This document shows, one piece after another, positions 11,628 through 22,280 of a stretch of DNA of 34,811 bases. The notes under the pieces were generated by a model. That model was not told the origin of the DNA. It made no database searches and saw only the letters and a list, made by a program, of their open reading frames with translations. The stretch is from Octopus bimaculoides (lineage: Eukaryota). Position 1 is the first letter of the stretch; each line of letters begins with the position of its first letter. The translations under genes were made by a program, and so were the position numbers. The DNA is taken from contig NC_068999.1 in NCBI RefSeq assembly GCF_001194135.2, positions 55,095,214-55,130,024 of the forward strand. Reading direction: 5' to 3'.

Positions 11628-12649
11628 AGGTAAGAGCATAAAAGCTTCACCCCTCTGCCAGACCATGTCAAGCCAGTGTGGCAGAGTTGGCTCATCAAAC
11701 TAGTATGATCTCAAGCTAAAATTCAGTCTCCACACCAGAACATGGCTGATGGAGGGAACATGCCAAGATCTTCGTCCTGCAGTGGACTGTACATAGGAAA
11801 AACAGTCCAATCTATATATTTGTAGCAATGACTCAACTGACACCCCCATTAGGCTTGTTTGGTGAGGAAGGTTGCAAGAAACCCAGTATAACTAAAAACA
11901 AGACATGTCAAAAGGACAGATGAACTCACCGTTGGTTCAATAGCTATCAAGCAATAGCATAGGCTCTCAAAAATTCCGGGTTGGTGTTTGGCATGCTGGT
12001 AGATCATTGGGAGAGAGGCACTCATCAGCTTTTGTTAAAGCATGTCTCTCTTGCAGAAGGTTACTCTGATATAAAATCAGATATGCATGGAATGGAGTTG
12101 AAAATTTTAGGGATCTTTTGCTTGTACATGAGATCATGGTGCTCCCACATTCCTGAGCCTGTGACCCACATTGGCATTAGATATCTTGCCTTGGCTAGTC
12201 TCTATATCATGTCAATAGAGTGGAGTAGGTCTACGAGGTGTCATGCAAGCTTTATTGAACCTAAAAGTTTTCACAAGTATTGACGACTATATTGCTGCTT
12301 AATTTTTTCCTTACTTTTACCTTTACATTTTTATTCTTTTTCTAATTCAAAAGTCTTGCAGCAATGGGAAAGTGGTGAAGCATGCAGACCTGATAGGTTA
12401 GAAGTGTATAGGCACTGACCTAAAGCAGGCAGCATGTGTCAGATATAAAATCACCTCCTTATTATCCAAGGTATCGATGGTATCCAGTTGTTTCATAGGT
12501 GTCTGAACAGCTCCATTTGGGGAGAGTACTGCTCATCCAGAGACTGAGGAGGTTCCAGAAAGGTGAACTAAAAATTGCCTGTCTTTTTCTATGTGGTCAG
12601 TTTAGTGCAATTTCACTAGAACAAAAAGAAAATAGTTATAAAATCTGGA

Positions 12650-13190
12650 TGGATTATGAATATTTCATATTGGGATGTGTGTACTCTGTTAGATAACATG
12701 AGTGAATATAGGCCTAAAAGACATGCTGCACGTGTTGCTCACAAACTGAATAGATCATAGATATAACTGTTATTCAGAGACTCATTTGGAAGGTGATATT
12801 GAGCTTGAGAAGGTTGAAGGTGGCTCCACCTTATGGAAGGGGAAACTGAAAGAGAAGTGCTGGGTGTTTGGTGTTGGTTTTGCAGTTTGATCTGAAATCC
12901 TCAAGATGGAAGAGCTGCCCATCCCCACAAAAGACCATTTGATGGCTCTGCATCTGCACTTGAGAGATGGGTGATTTGTTGCTCTGATAAGTGTACATGC
13001 TTCTACCCTGATCAGTTCTGATGAAGATAAAACATCTTTCCACACCCAGCTGAAAGAAATCCCCAAGTGAGACAAAGCCATTCTACTTGAGTGTTTTAGT
13101 GAGACAGAAAGGAATAGCGATAATCTCATGCTTCAAGAACTTTGTGGTGAATGTGGTTCTTACATTGCAAGTACTTTTACTTCTGCTATA
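12650..13190 (+). mobile_element. RTE/BovB-like LINE AP-endonuclease region, highly degenerate
   Basis: Broken frames give WDVCTLLDNMSEYRPKRHAARVAHKL (WNVRTLLD..RPERRTALVA-like), GVGFAV, ISVHASTL and a ..LCGECGSYIASTF ending. Confidence 0.7.
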
Positions 13191-13317
13191 TANNNNNNNN
13201 NNNNNNNNNNNNNNNNNNNNNNNNNNNNNNNNNNNNNNNNNNNNNNNNNNNNNNNNNNNNNNNNNNNNNNNNNNNNNNNNNNNNNNNNNNNNNNNNNNNN
13301 NNNATATATATATATAT

Positions 13318-13530
13318 AAATTTAAAGAAAACAGAAAATGGAGAAATACTGATGAACAACAATTGACTTACATCAACCATTATTAATTAATGCAATGAAA
13401 ATAGATTGCACCCCATCTAACAGCTGTTTCTGCTTCAAGTGTGGTATGGTATTGCCATTGAGATGCAAAAATATTTATCATATTTGGCAATAAAACATCA
13501 CTTCTCCATTTTCTGTTTTCTTTAAATTTG
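13318..13530. mobile_element. fold-back element with 28-bp terminal inverted repeats
   Basis: AAATTTAAAGAAAACAGAAAATGGAGAA at 13318 has its reverse complement ending at about 13530; the left end sits beside (TA)n. Confidence 0.75.
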
Positions 13531-13808
13531 GATTCTTAATAAACCCATGTTTATCCAAGTCTTTGCCTATAATTGATGAGCATAATATGTTTGCATATGT
13601 ATGCCCATGGTTTGACATAGGTAATATGCCAGTAGTGTAATGGATACTTCTATCCCTTAGAGGGTTATTTTAACCTCTAACTCAACTAACCTATATATTT
13701 ATATATAATCATTATTACATAAGCACAATATATATTTTTATGTGCTATTATTAAATAATATTTATCTCAAAAGATGGAGTACTTTTTTTTGTTGATCACG
13801 AAACAGTA

Positions 13809-13843
<35 letters not shown>

Positions 13844-13927
13844 GTGTATATAAATCCGTAGATACTCTGGAAGGATTCAATAACCTCCTGAACAATCTGC
13901 ACCCAACTCTCCAATTTACAAAGGAGA

Positions 13928-14640
13928 TGTGGTAGGAACCTGTGGAAGAGGTAGACCCAGGAAGACATGGGATGAGGTGGTGAAGCATGACCTTTGAACA
14001 TTGGGCCTCACAGAGGCAATGACAGGAGACCGAGACCTTTGGAGATATGCTGCGATTGAGAAGACCCAGCAACTAAAGTGAGATCACAGCCACACATGTC
14101 CGGCCCAGTTAAGAGTACCCCATGATGCATCATGTGATATATGCTTGAGAAGACCTGTTGAGTCAAGTAAAACCTGACTGGCTCCTGTGCTGGTGGCATG
14201 TAAACAGCACCATCAAAATGTGGTCAATGCCAGGTCCGCCTGACTGGCTCTTGTGCCAGTGACACATAAAAAGCACAATTTGAACGTGGCCGATTCCAGT
14301 ACCCCTTGACTGGCTCTCGTGCCTGTGGCATGTAAAAAGCACCAACCGGATGTGGCCGATGCCAGTACTCCCTGACTGGCCCCCATGCCAGTGGCATGTA
14401 AAAAGCCCTATCCAAATGTGATCGATGCCAGGCCTGCCCGACTGGCTCCAGTGCAGGTGGTACATAAAAAGTATGCACTACACTCTCGGAGTGGTTGGCA
14501 TTAGGAAGGGCATCCAGCTATAGAAACATTGCCAGATCAGATTGAAGCCTGGTGCAGCTGCTGGCTCTTGAAACCTCAGTCATAACATCCAACCCATGCC
14601 AGCATGGAAAATGGACATTAAATGATGATGATGATGATGA
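13928..14640 (+). mobile_element. 5'-truncated RTE LINE 3' end with (TGA)n tail
   Basis: The RT C-terminus CGRGRPRKTWDEVVKHDL is followed by a 3' UTR with 66-bp repeats and a TGA-repeat tail at 14622-14640. Confidence 0.88.
14176..14471 (+). repeat. 66-bp tandem repeat (about 4.5 units) in the RTE 3' UTR
   Basis: GACTGG unit starts at 14176, 14242, 14308, 14374 and 14440. Confidence 0.92.
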
Positions 14641-15160
14641 GTAGTACCAGATTACCATTTCTAGACATAATTGTAATTAAAAGTGACACCACCATTACCA
14701 TTGATATACATTAGAAACACACAGCATCCATCAATACCTGAACTTTAATCTGTGCCATGCAACACAAACAAAATGCAATATTCTATACTGCTTGCCAGAA
14801 AAATTTGCACCATTGTGGAAGACGTGACTACCAGAGACAAATGCCTAACAGAACTCAAAGAATTTCTACTCAAACAAAAATACCCATCTTTACTTATAGT
14901 GACACACATTCCATGTCGCCTAAGTATCTTTTGCTTTGGCAAAGCAAATTTGCCGATCATTGCTTAAAGCAATGAATTAAAGGATATAATTACAGATTGA
15001 GCTATGATTCTTAGTAAAAGACAGTTGATAAACTTAAAACATTTATTAACAAAGGCAAAGTTTGACCTATTCTATTATTATAATATTGTTAAATTGTAAA
15101 AATTGTAAATAATGAAATGTGAAAATCAGATTATGTTGGAATTTCATTGATCACTATATA

Positions 15161-15196
<36 letters not shown>

Positions 15197-15220
15197 TGTA
15201 TGTATGTACGTACGTATGTA

Positions 15221-15279
<59 letters not shown>

Positions 15280-15611
15280 TTGTTTAAAAGAGTTCCAACA
15301 CTGTCTGTTTTTTATGTTTTATTTATATTCCTGCAGAACCAATGTGGGGTATAGAATATGGAATATACAATATATAATATAAAATAAAATAAAATAAAAA
15401 TGGATGGCACCATGAAGTAAAGTATTGAATGTAGATGAAATATTGAGTGTTCAATATAAAGGATCAAATATATAAATATAAATATAAATATATAAAGGCG
15501 ACCCGAGTATCAGGGTTATTTCCCTTCGTCAGCGTCCGACAGCCACCGATCTGCAATATATATATATACACACACACACACATATATACATATATAGGCA
15601 CATATATATAT

Positions 15612-15763
15612 AGGCTGTGTGGTTAAGAAGCTTGCTTCCCAGCCACAGGGTTCCGGGTTCAGTCTCACTGCATGACACCTTGGGCAAGTGTCTTCTACTA
15701 TCACCTCAGGCTAACCAAAGCCCTGCAAATGGATTTGGTATACAGAAACTGAAAGAGACCTGT

Positions 15764-15765
<2 letters not shown>
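15612..15765 (+). mobile_element. tRNA-derived SINE, 5' part
   Basis: GGCTGTGTGGTTAAGAAGCTTGC...GGTTCCGGGTTCAGTC...CACCTTGGGCAAGTGTC is the same family as 24345-24728. Confidence 0.8.
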
Positions 15766-15817
<52 letters not shown>

Positions 15818-15899
15818 TTCAGATGAATAAGGTACTTAAGTTGAGGCACCAAAATTTAGTATGGTATTATCCATACAATTTCAAAATAAGGTGATTAAA

Positions 15900-16416
15900 A
15901 TCAAAATAAGCAACAAGGATATCGAGAGGTAATGCTGTACAATTGTTTCAAGCAACTCCATTTGATTGAAAAATGCAATCATTATATCAATTTAAAATGC
16001 AGAGCAATCCTTAGCTGCATAAAGACAGAATTTAATTAAATCAAAACAGATGAACACATTAGTATAATTTTACCTAAAATTTTACCTAAAGTAGCTTAGA
16101 AGCAACTAAGATATCAGGAAGAAAGATTTGTTACAAACAAAATCTGTAACAAATCTTTCTTCCTGATACCTTAGTAGCTTCTAAGCTGAAGTAAAGACCG
16201 CATGTTCTTTGTCTATCTCCTTACCTTCTTGGAGATTTCAGGTAAAATTATACTAATGTGTCCATCTGTTTTAATTTAATTAAATTCTATGTCCTTATGC
16301 AGCTGAGGATTGCTCTGTATTTAAATTGATGTAATGATTGCACTGTTCAATTAAATGGAGTTGCTTGAAACGATCGTACTGCATTACCTCTGAATATCCT
16401 TGTTGCTTATTTTGAT
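15900..16416. mobile_element. large fold-back (nested palindrome) element
   Basis: Outer arms 15900-16075 / 16240-16416 and inner arms 16093-16135 / 16145-16187 are reverse complements by eye. Confidence 0.9.
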
Positions 16417-16492
16417 ATATATACATATATATATGCTTATGAATTTGTTTTTCAAGATACCTGATGTAAAATTGTAAGTTGAAACAGATATT

Positions 16493-16984
16493 GTTATATT
16501 TTGGGATGGACATTATTATTTTTTTTTTTGCCAAATAAACACACACACACACACNNNNNNNNNNNNNNNNNNNNNNNNNNNNNNNNNNNNNNNNNNNNNN
16601 NNNNNNNNNNNNNNNNNNNNNNNNNNNNNNNNNNNNNNNNNNNNNNNNNNNNNNNNNNNNNNNNNNNNNNNNNNNNNNNNNNNNNNNNNNNNNNNNNNNN
16701 NNNNNNNNNNNNNNNNNNNNNNNNNNNNNNNNNNNNNNNNNNNNNNNNNNNNNNNNNNNNNNNNNNNNNNNNNNNNNNNNNNNNNNNNNNNNNNNNNNNN
16801 NNNNNNNNNNNNNNNNNNNNNNNNNNNNNNNNNNNNNNNNNNNNNNNNNNNNNNNNNNNNNNNNNNNNNNNNNNNNNNNNNNNNNNNNNNNNNNNNNNNN
16901 NNNNNNNNNNNNNNNNNNNNNNNNNNNNNNNNNNNNNNNNNNNNNNNNNNNNNNNNNNNNNNNNNNNNNNNNNNNNNNNNNNNN

Positions 16985-17039
<55 letters not shown>

Positions 17040-17289
17040 CTATATATTCATTCTTCACTTGTTTATTATTGTTCTTATTTTATTGTATGTCCATTGCCTG
17101 GAAATCTTTCATCACACAGCTGTGACCTCTTCAGCGACTTTTCCATCCCACGTATCTCCTGCTGATGAAAAATTTCCAGACAATGGACATAAAGATAAAG
17201 TAAGAACAATAATAAATGAGTGAAGAATGAATATATAGTGTGTGTGTTTATTTGGCAAAGAAAACAAAATGACCATCCCAAAATATAAC
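16493..17289. mobile_element. fold-back element spanning the gap 16555-16984
   Basis: 16493-16554 mirrors 17240-17289, and about 17033-17114 mirrors 17163-17247. Confidence 0.8.
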
Positions 17290-17544
17290 ACTATAACATA
17301 TATATATATATATGCACACACACATATACATACATGCATACATACATACATACATATATATGTATATATTATTTATTATTTTTTTAAAGGACACAATACA
17401 TGTCTTTAAGTGCTACTAGTAGTTTCATATGTTGAAAAATGTCTCTAACATATTCATCAGGTACAAATCACATATCATAATGAACTAAAAAAAATTTAAT
17501 ATGAGAAGAAACCAAAAATAACCAAAATAACTGAGAAGGCAGCA

Positions 17545-18315
17545 TATAGAAAATGCAAAGGTTAAAAAATAACAGAAAGTGGAAAAAACAGAAGACAAAA
17601 AACACAAAAACTAAAATGTAAAAAGTAAAAAGTAAAAAAAGTAAAAGAATTATCCTCTTTAAATCTTAAATTATAAGGCCGGCAAGATATCAACAAGTAA
17701 ATGAGGAGAGGTGGAATTTCCCAATTCTTCAAAATATATTTATACATATGCTTGCAACCGCTGTTGCAGATCTAGAGTTCAGTAGTGAGTTAGGGATCTT
17801 AGTTCTGAACAGGATCTGTGCCCTTTCAGCTAAACAAAGCCTACATTTATTCAATCCTTTAACATAGGGTAAGGATTTCTCAACTATTTTCCACTTAATC
17901 ACATGTGGTGCTTCGTTATCTTTTAAACTCCATGCGTAGCTAGCCAACTTAGTAGCTTTGCTTCTGTCCTTATGCTGGAAGGAGGCTATGTGATTGGCAT
18001 AGCAACTTTTAAACTCTCAACATAGGTCTTCTAATCTGTTCTATTACTATTTAGTGTTGCAGTATCCTCTGCCTCATATATGATAGATTTAATCATACAT
18101 CATTGGTCAAGTGGACAGGATCCTGGGTTGTGACAGTTACAACTGGTTTTAGGCTCTCGGTACTGACCATGTGTAATGATACTCTTCATTTTGGATCATA
18201 TAGAAAATGTGGAAGGTTTAAAAACAAAATGAAAACACAAAACCTAAAATGTAAAAAGTAAAAAGGTAAAAGAGTTTCCCCCTTAAGCCTTAAATCATAA
18301 GGGCTAGAAAGATAT
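17545..18315 (-). mobile_element. Penelope-like element 3' fragment (Cys motif plus GIY-YIG C-terminus) between direct repeats
   Basis: The translation shows MKSIITH..CNCHNPGSCPLD..CMIKSIIYEA, FKSCYANHIASF, YAWSLKD..IKWKIVEK and CRLCLAE..LLNSRS. Segments 17545-17700 and 18200-18315 are similar direct repeats (pseudo-LTR-like). Confidence 0.85.
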
Positions 18316-18655
18316 CTTGTTGAATTCTCTATCACTGAACAGTACATTATATATATTTAAATATATATGAATAATAACAATAAATGAAGCAATGTGTTTT
18401 GCTCTATTTATTGTTATTATTCATATCTACTCAAAATGCATCACTTTAACTTGGTATCTCTACCTATAAAACGGATGTGGTATCCTGGTTTTTTTGTGTG
18501 ATTTTTGCTACCCATGGTAACTATTAACATATTTACATTGTCAAGGTTTTCTTAAACTGAGATAATATTAATATGTATATATATATTTAAATATATATAT
18601 ACATAGACATATAGACATATATATACATATATATANNNNNNNNNNTAATATGCTT

Positions 18656-18775
18656 TATTTAAAAGCAGCAGAAATATAACAAAAGACTGTTACTCGGAGT
18701 AACTAAACTGTCCAATGAATGGGAACGTGAAATTCCAAGTAACAGTTTTTTGCTATATTTCTGCTGCTTTTAAAT
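18656..18775. mobile_element. short fold-back element with a degenerate hammerhead in the loop
   Basis: The arms are ATTTAAAAGCAGCAGAAATATAACAAAAGACTGTTACT and AGTAACAGTTTTTTGCTATATTTCTGCTGCTTTTAAAT. Confidence 0.75.
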
Positions 18776-18852
18776 ATACACACATATATATATATACATA
18801 CACATATATATACCTACACATATATATACATACACACATACACACACACATA

Positions 18853-20116
18853 CAGAGTGTGTAAAGTATTTGAGGACATATCTTTTTGGGGTCATTGCTG
18901 CATTTTTTACTAACTCTGTATAATCTTTATTTCAAAAAATAATAATGGCAGAGCCTCACTCAGTTTAGTCAAGAAATGAAGGGTCATGCTCTTATTGGGG
19001 TTATAAAGGCTGAACATAGTGATTTAGAAACATCTCGATTGTTAAAAGTTGCCAGATCTTTCTTCTACATAGTTTGTAAGGAGTTAGAGACTGAAGATGG
19101 AAACATATTACCAATATCAAAACATAAAAAGTATCCTAAATGCTGTGAAATCATCAGAACACCTGAATTTATCCAACAAGTTCAACAGACCATTGATTAC
19201 AATCCCAGAAAGTCTATGAGGTCAACTGCAAAAGATCTCCAGGTGTCAGAAGGAAAAGTCAGAAATGTTGTCCATGAAGATATCAGATATAAGTCTTATA
19301 TGATGAGGAAAGGTCAGTTTGTCAGAAAAAGCAAAAGAAAGCCACTACATCAGATCTAAAAGCTTCTTAAACAAACTGAAGAATGCAGCAGCAGATTTGA
19401 TTTGGTTTTTCTCAAACAAGAAAAACTTCGACCAAGATCAAAAAGTTAACAGAAGAAATGACAGATGGTTATGTGCAGACCCTTCTGAAGTTCCAAGTGT
19501 TATGCATACAAAATTTTCTGCAACTGTCATGGTTTTAGGGGTTGTCAGCAATGAAGGACATGTGATGCCTCCTTACTTCTTTCCACAAGGCCTTAGAGTT
19601 AACTCTGTCACCTATATTGAGGTCCTGGAAACAATTGTTAAACTCTAGATAGAGCGTGTATGCAATGGAAGGCCATATGTGTTTCAGTAAGACTCTGCAC
19701 TATCACACATGGCTTTAGTAACACAGGAATGGATGGCTGAAAATTTTCATGATCACATAACCCCTAACATTTGGTCTTCTAATTCCCAAGATCTCAATCC
19801 ATTGGACTATTACATGTGGAGCACTTTTGAGAGAGAAGTCAATGAACACGCTCATAACACCAAAGATTCTTTGAAAGCTGCCATAGTCAGAGTAATGTCC
19901 AAAATGAACCAGGGACCATTTGATTCAAGCATGTGGATGATTTAGATCTTGTATAGAAGCAGTTGTTGAAACTGAAGTTGGCTTTATTGAATGACATTAT
20001 AGAAAAGAAGGTTTATTTTTATCCTCATAACATTTTTTTTTATAAAGTTATTATGTGTTATTATATATCCCTTTTTTATAGCCATAAATTTGTTCTCAAA
20101 TATCTTACTCACCGTG
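18853..20116 (+). mobile_element. full-length, inactivated DD37D (maT) Tc1/mariner transposon
   Basis: Imperfect TIRs CAGAGTGTGTAAAGTATTTGAGGACA / TGTTCTCAAATATCTTACTCACCGTG carry TA on both sides (18851-52, 20117-18). The transposase has FSNKK (FSDEK-like), Q*DSA and SQDLNPLDY, with 37 residues between the last two aspartates, and is broken by stops and frameshifts. Confidence 0.92.
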
Positions 20117-20240
20117 TACATACACACGCGCGCGCGCGCACACACACACACACACATACATATATATTCATATACATATATATATACACATATATTCATA
20201 CATGTGTTTGTGTGTGTGTGTTTCAAATACTCTATATCTC

Positions 20241-20872
20241 TCAGACCAAATTTCCAAAGAATGTCCCAGCAAAAATAAATAGAAATGCTAACCCTACACC
20301 TTCTTTATAACTGAGCACTGATACTGGCGATTCATTGGAATGCTGTAACTCTATGAGTTTCTGGCAGCACACAAGAAAGTGGGCTAAATCAGGAATCATC
20401 AAACCAATGTTTCGTAGGTTTTGGAATGCTTTTCCTTGTACAAAAAAGACTTGAATAATAAACTGGTCAGCTCCATTAACCAAAATATGTATTGAGGAAA
20501 TGCATAGGATGAAAAATATCTTCTTGAAGGTGATAGGGTTGTGAGAATCACACATATTCAGAACAAAACCAGAAACAATTAATTCCGTAATTATGAAGTA
20601 GGTATGGTGGGTGAAGTATAAGTAGAAGCCCTCGTTGATGTAGCTGAATAAAGACCACCATGAATAATAATGAGGATAGATGTTTATGACAAACAAACTG
20701 AGCATCACCCAGCGGACATGCAATCGTGGAAATAGTAAGTTGCATATGTATTTTACACTTTCATATGATATTAACACAAAGAATAAGGTGATAATCCAAA
20801 CTGCATATGTCTGTAGGGTGGAATTGAAGTAGATGTGCTTGTATCTGATATTCTTGTGGTCTTCATAGCTAC
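20241..20872 (-). CDS. terminal coding exon of an uncharacterized multi-pass membrane protein
   Basis: A strong acceptor CCTTTTCTTTTCCCTCTCCTCTAG precedes 210 open codons (SYEDHKNIRYKHIYFNST...PHYYSWW...RNIGLMIPDLAH...GNLV*) with several hydrophobic helices. Confidence 0.9.
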
Positions 20873-21095
20873 CTAGAGGAGAGGGAAAAGAAAAGGAATT
20901 AATAATAAAGATGAAGATTAAAGAAATATTTTAATTCCATTTATCAGCAATATTTAGTTAAACATGTACAATGAGGAAGGCACAAAATACTCACATTGTA
21001 TATTCTACTGATATTGGGAAAATGAAGGGAAGAAAGACAGTAGAAAATGAAAGAAGGAAGAGGACGAATAAGTAAAAAAACATTGATGTACATAC

Positions 21096-21185
21096 CACGG
21101 AAGACAGTATCAAAACAGGAACAAGTGCAGGTAGAACGGTTAACAGGAATTTTGTTTGGTACCCAGATTAATTTGTGGTAAATGG
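21096..21185 (-). CDS. internal coding exon (90 nt, phase 1-1)
   Basis: Acceptor TTAATATTCCACAG and donor G|GTATGT flank AIYHKLIWVPNKIPVNRSTCTCSCFDTVFRG, which is in frame with the next exon. Confidence 0.85.
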
Positions 21186-21474
21186 CTGTGGAATATTAAG
21201 GTAGTTAAGATGGTGAATGATTCAGTTGTGTTGCATGGAAGAATGGCAAAAATGGTTCTTGGTATACTAAAATTATCACCTCTAAAAGAGATATCAGAAT
21301 TACCAAATGGCTTTTAAGACCAGCTCCATATGAGACAGGGATAATCTTAAGAATCAAGAATTTTCCAAAGTTGACATGTCATTAGGAAAAAAGACAAACT
21401 CATTGTCAGGATATAAAAGGACAATGGTAGAAATGTGTTTCTGCCTCAATATGCCTCATCAGCACAACAGTTAC

Positions 21475-21513
21475 CATAATCTGTCTCCAGCAGCCAAGGG
21501 ACATTGACATATA
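21475..21513 (-). CDS. candidate 39-nt internal coding exon (phase 1-1)
   Basis: Acceptor TGTGTTCTATTCTTTAG and donor G|GTAACT flank VYVNVPWLLETDY, which keeps the frame. Confidence 0.65.
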
Positions 21514-21899
21514 CTAAAGAATAGAACACATTTATGGCTTAGGCAATTTGCCGTAAAACCAGGACATATTTAAAACCATAGTAACTGTAGGACATACGTA
21601 AAAATATCAAGGAAAATTGTAACACAAACTTTCATTTAACAGACATAGCATCAGATTTTGTAAAATGTCAGAAAAGATTGTAACACTATGTGTGATGTAA
21701 CATCAAAAAATTTGCAGCACCATGTCTCACGTCACATCAGGTCATATGCAATGGTATAGTATAATAGTAACACCAAGGTACATTTAAAACAACAGGACTT
21801 GGAAAATACTAAAACTAAGTTAACAGCAGGCCTTGTGCAAGACTGAGACAAACGAAGCACCATTTGTGTATATGATTAAGACATGTAAAACATGAGTTA

Positions 21900-22280
21900 A
21901 GTTAAAGATCTTCTCCCAGTCGACTGTGGTACTGTGGTTTATTCTTAGCTAAGTATGTCTCCTGCAGTTGTCTCACTAGGAGGAGGGCATTGACGATATT
22001 GTTTCCATGCACAAACGAACTCAAACTGCATTCCATTTTGCCTGTTTTTCTCCCTAATAAGTTGTACTGTAACTCTTCCAGTAACTTTTGAATCATTATA
22101 TAATGCCTCTGTAACTTCTGCTCTGGAGATGCATTTTCTTTGCCCTTTTGGTGGTCGTTAATGATACTGCTACCCTTTCTCTGTATTACCCAACTAACGA
22201 TGCATATGATTATTGTGTAATCTGCCTGGCCAGTATTTTCAGTGTCTTAGTGACTCTACTCGACAGTCCAACTGTTGCAT
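21900..22280 (-). mobile_element. RTE reverse transcriptase remnant in the intron
   Basis: Degenerate KGK..SYRGII and ALLLVRQLQETYLAKNKP resemble RTE RT motifs. Confidence 0.7.

Larger units (their letters stand above)
13845..15070 (+). mobile_element. Penelope-like element reverse transcriptase remnant, split by an RTE insertion
   Basis: FNNLLNNLHPTLQFTKE rejoins SSTRLPFLDIIVIK, then HQYLNFN, LARKICTIVED, LKEFLLKQKYP and SKRQ..NLKHLLTKAKF. Confidence 0.85.

Noticed and set aside
11630-12290. Possible second RTE 5' UTR/endonuclease start
   Set aside because: There is only a faint FRVGVWHAG resemblance, too degenerate to support a call by eye.
21304-21360. Donor-like G|GTAATT at 21303 as another exon end
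   Set aside because: An in-frame TAA lies three codons upstream and there is no usable acceptor.
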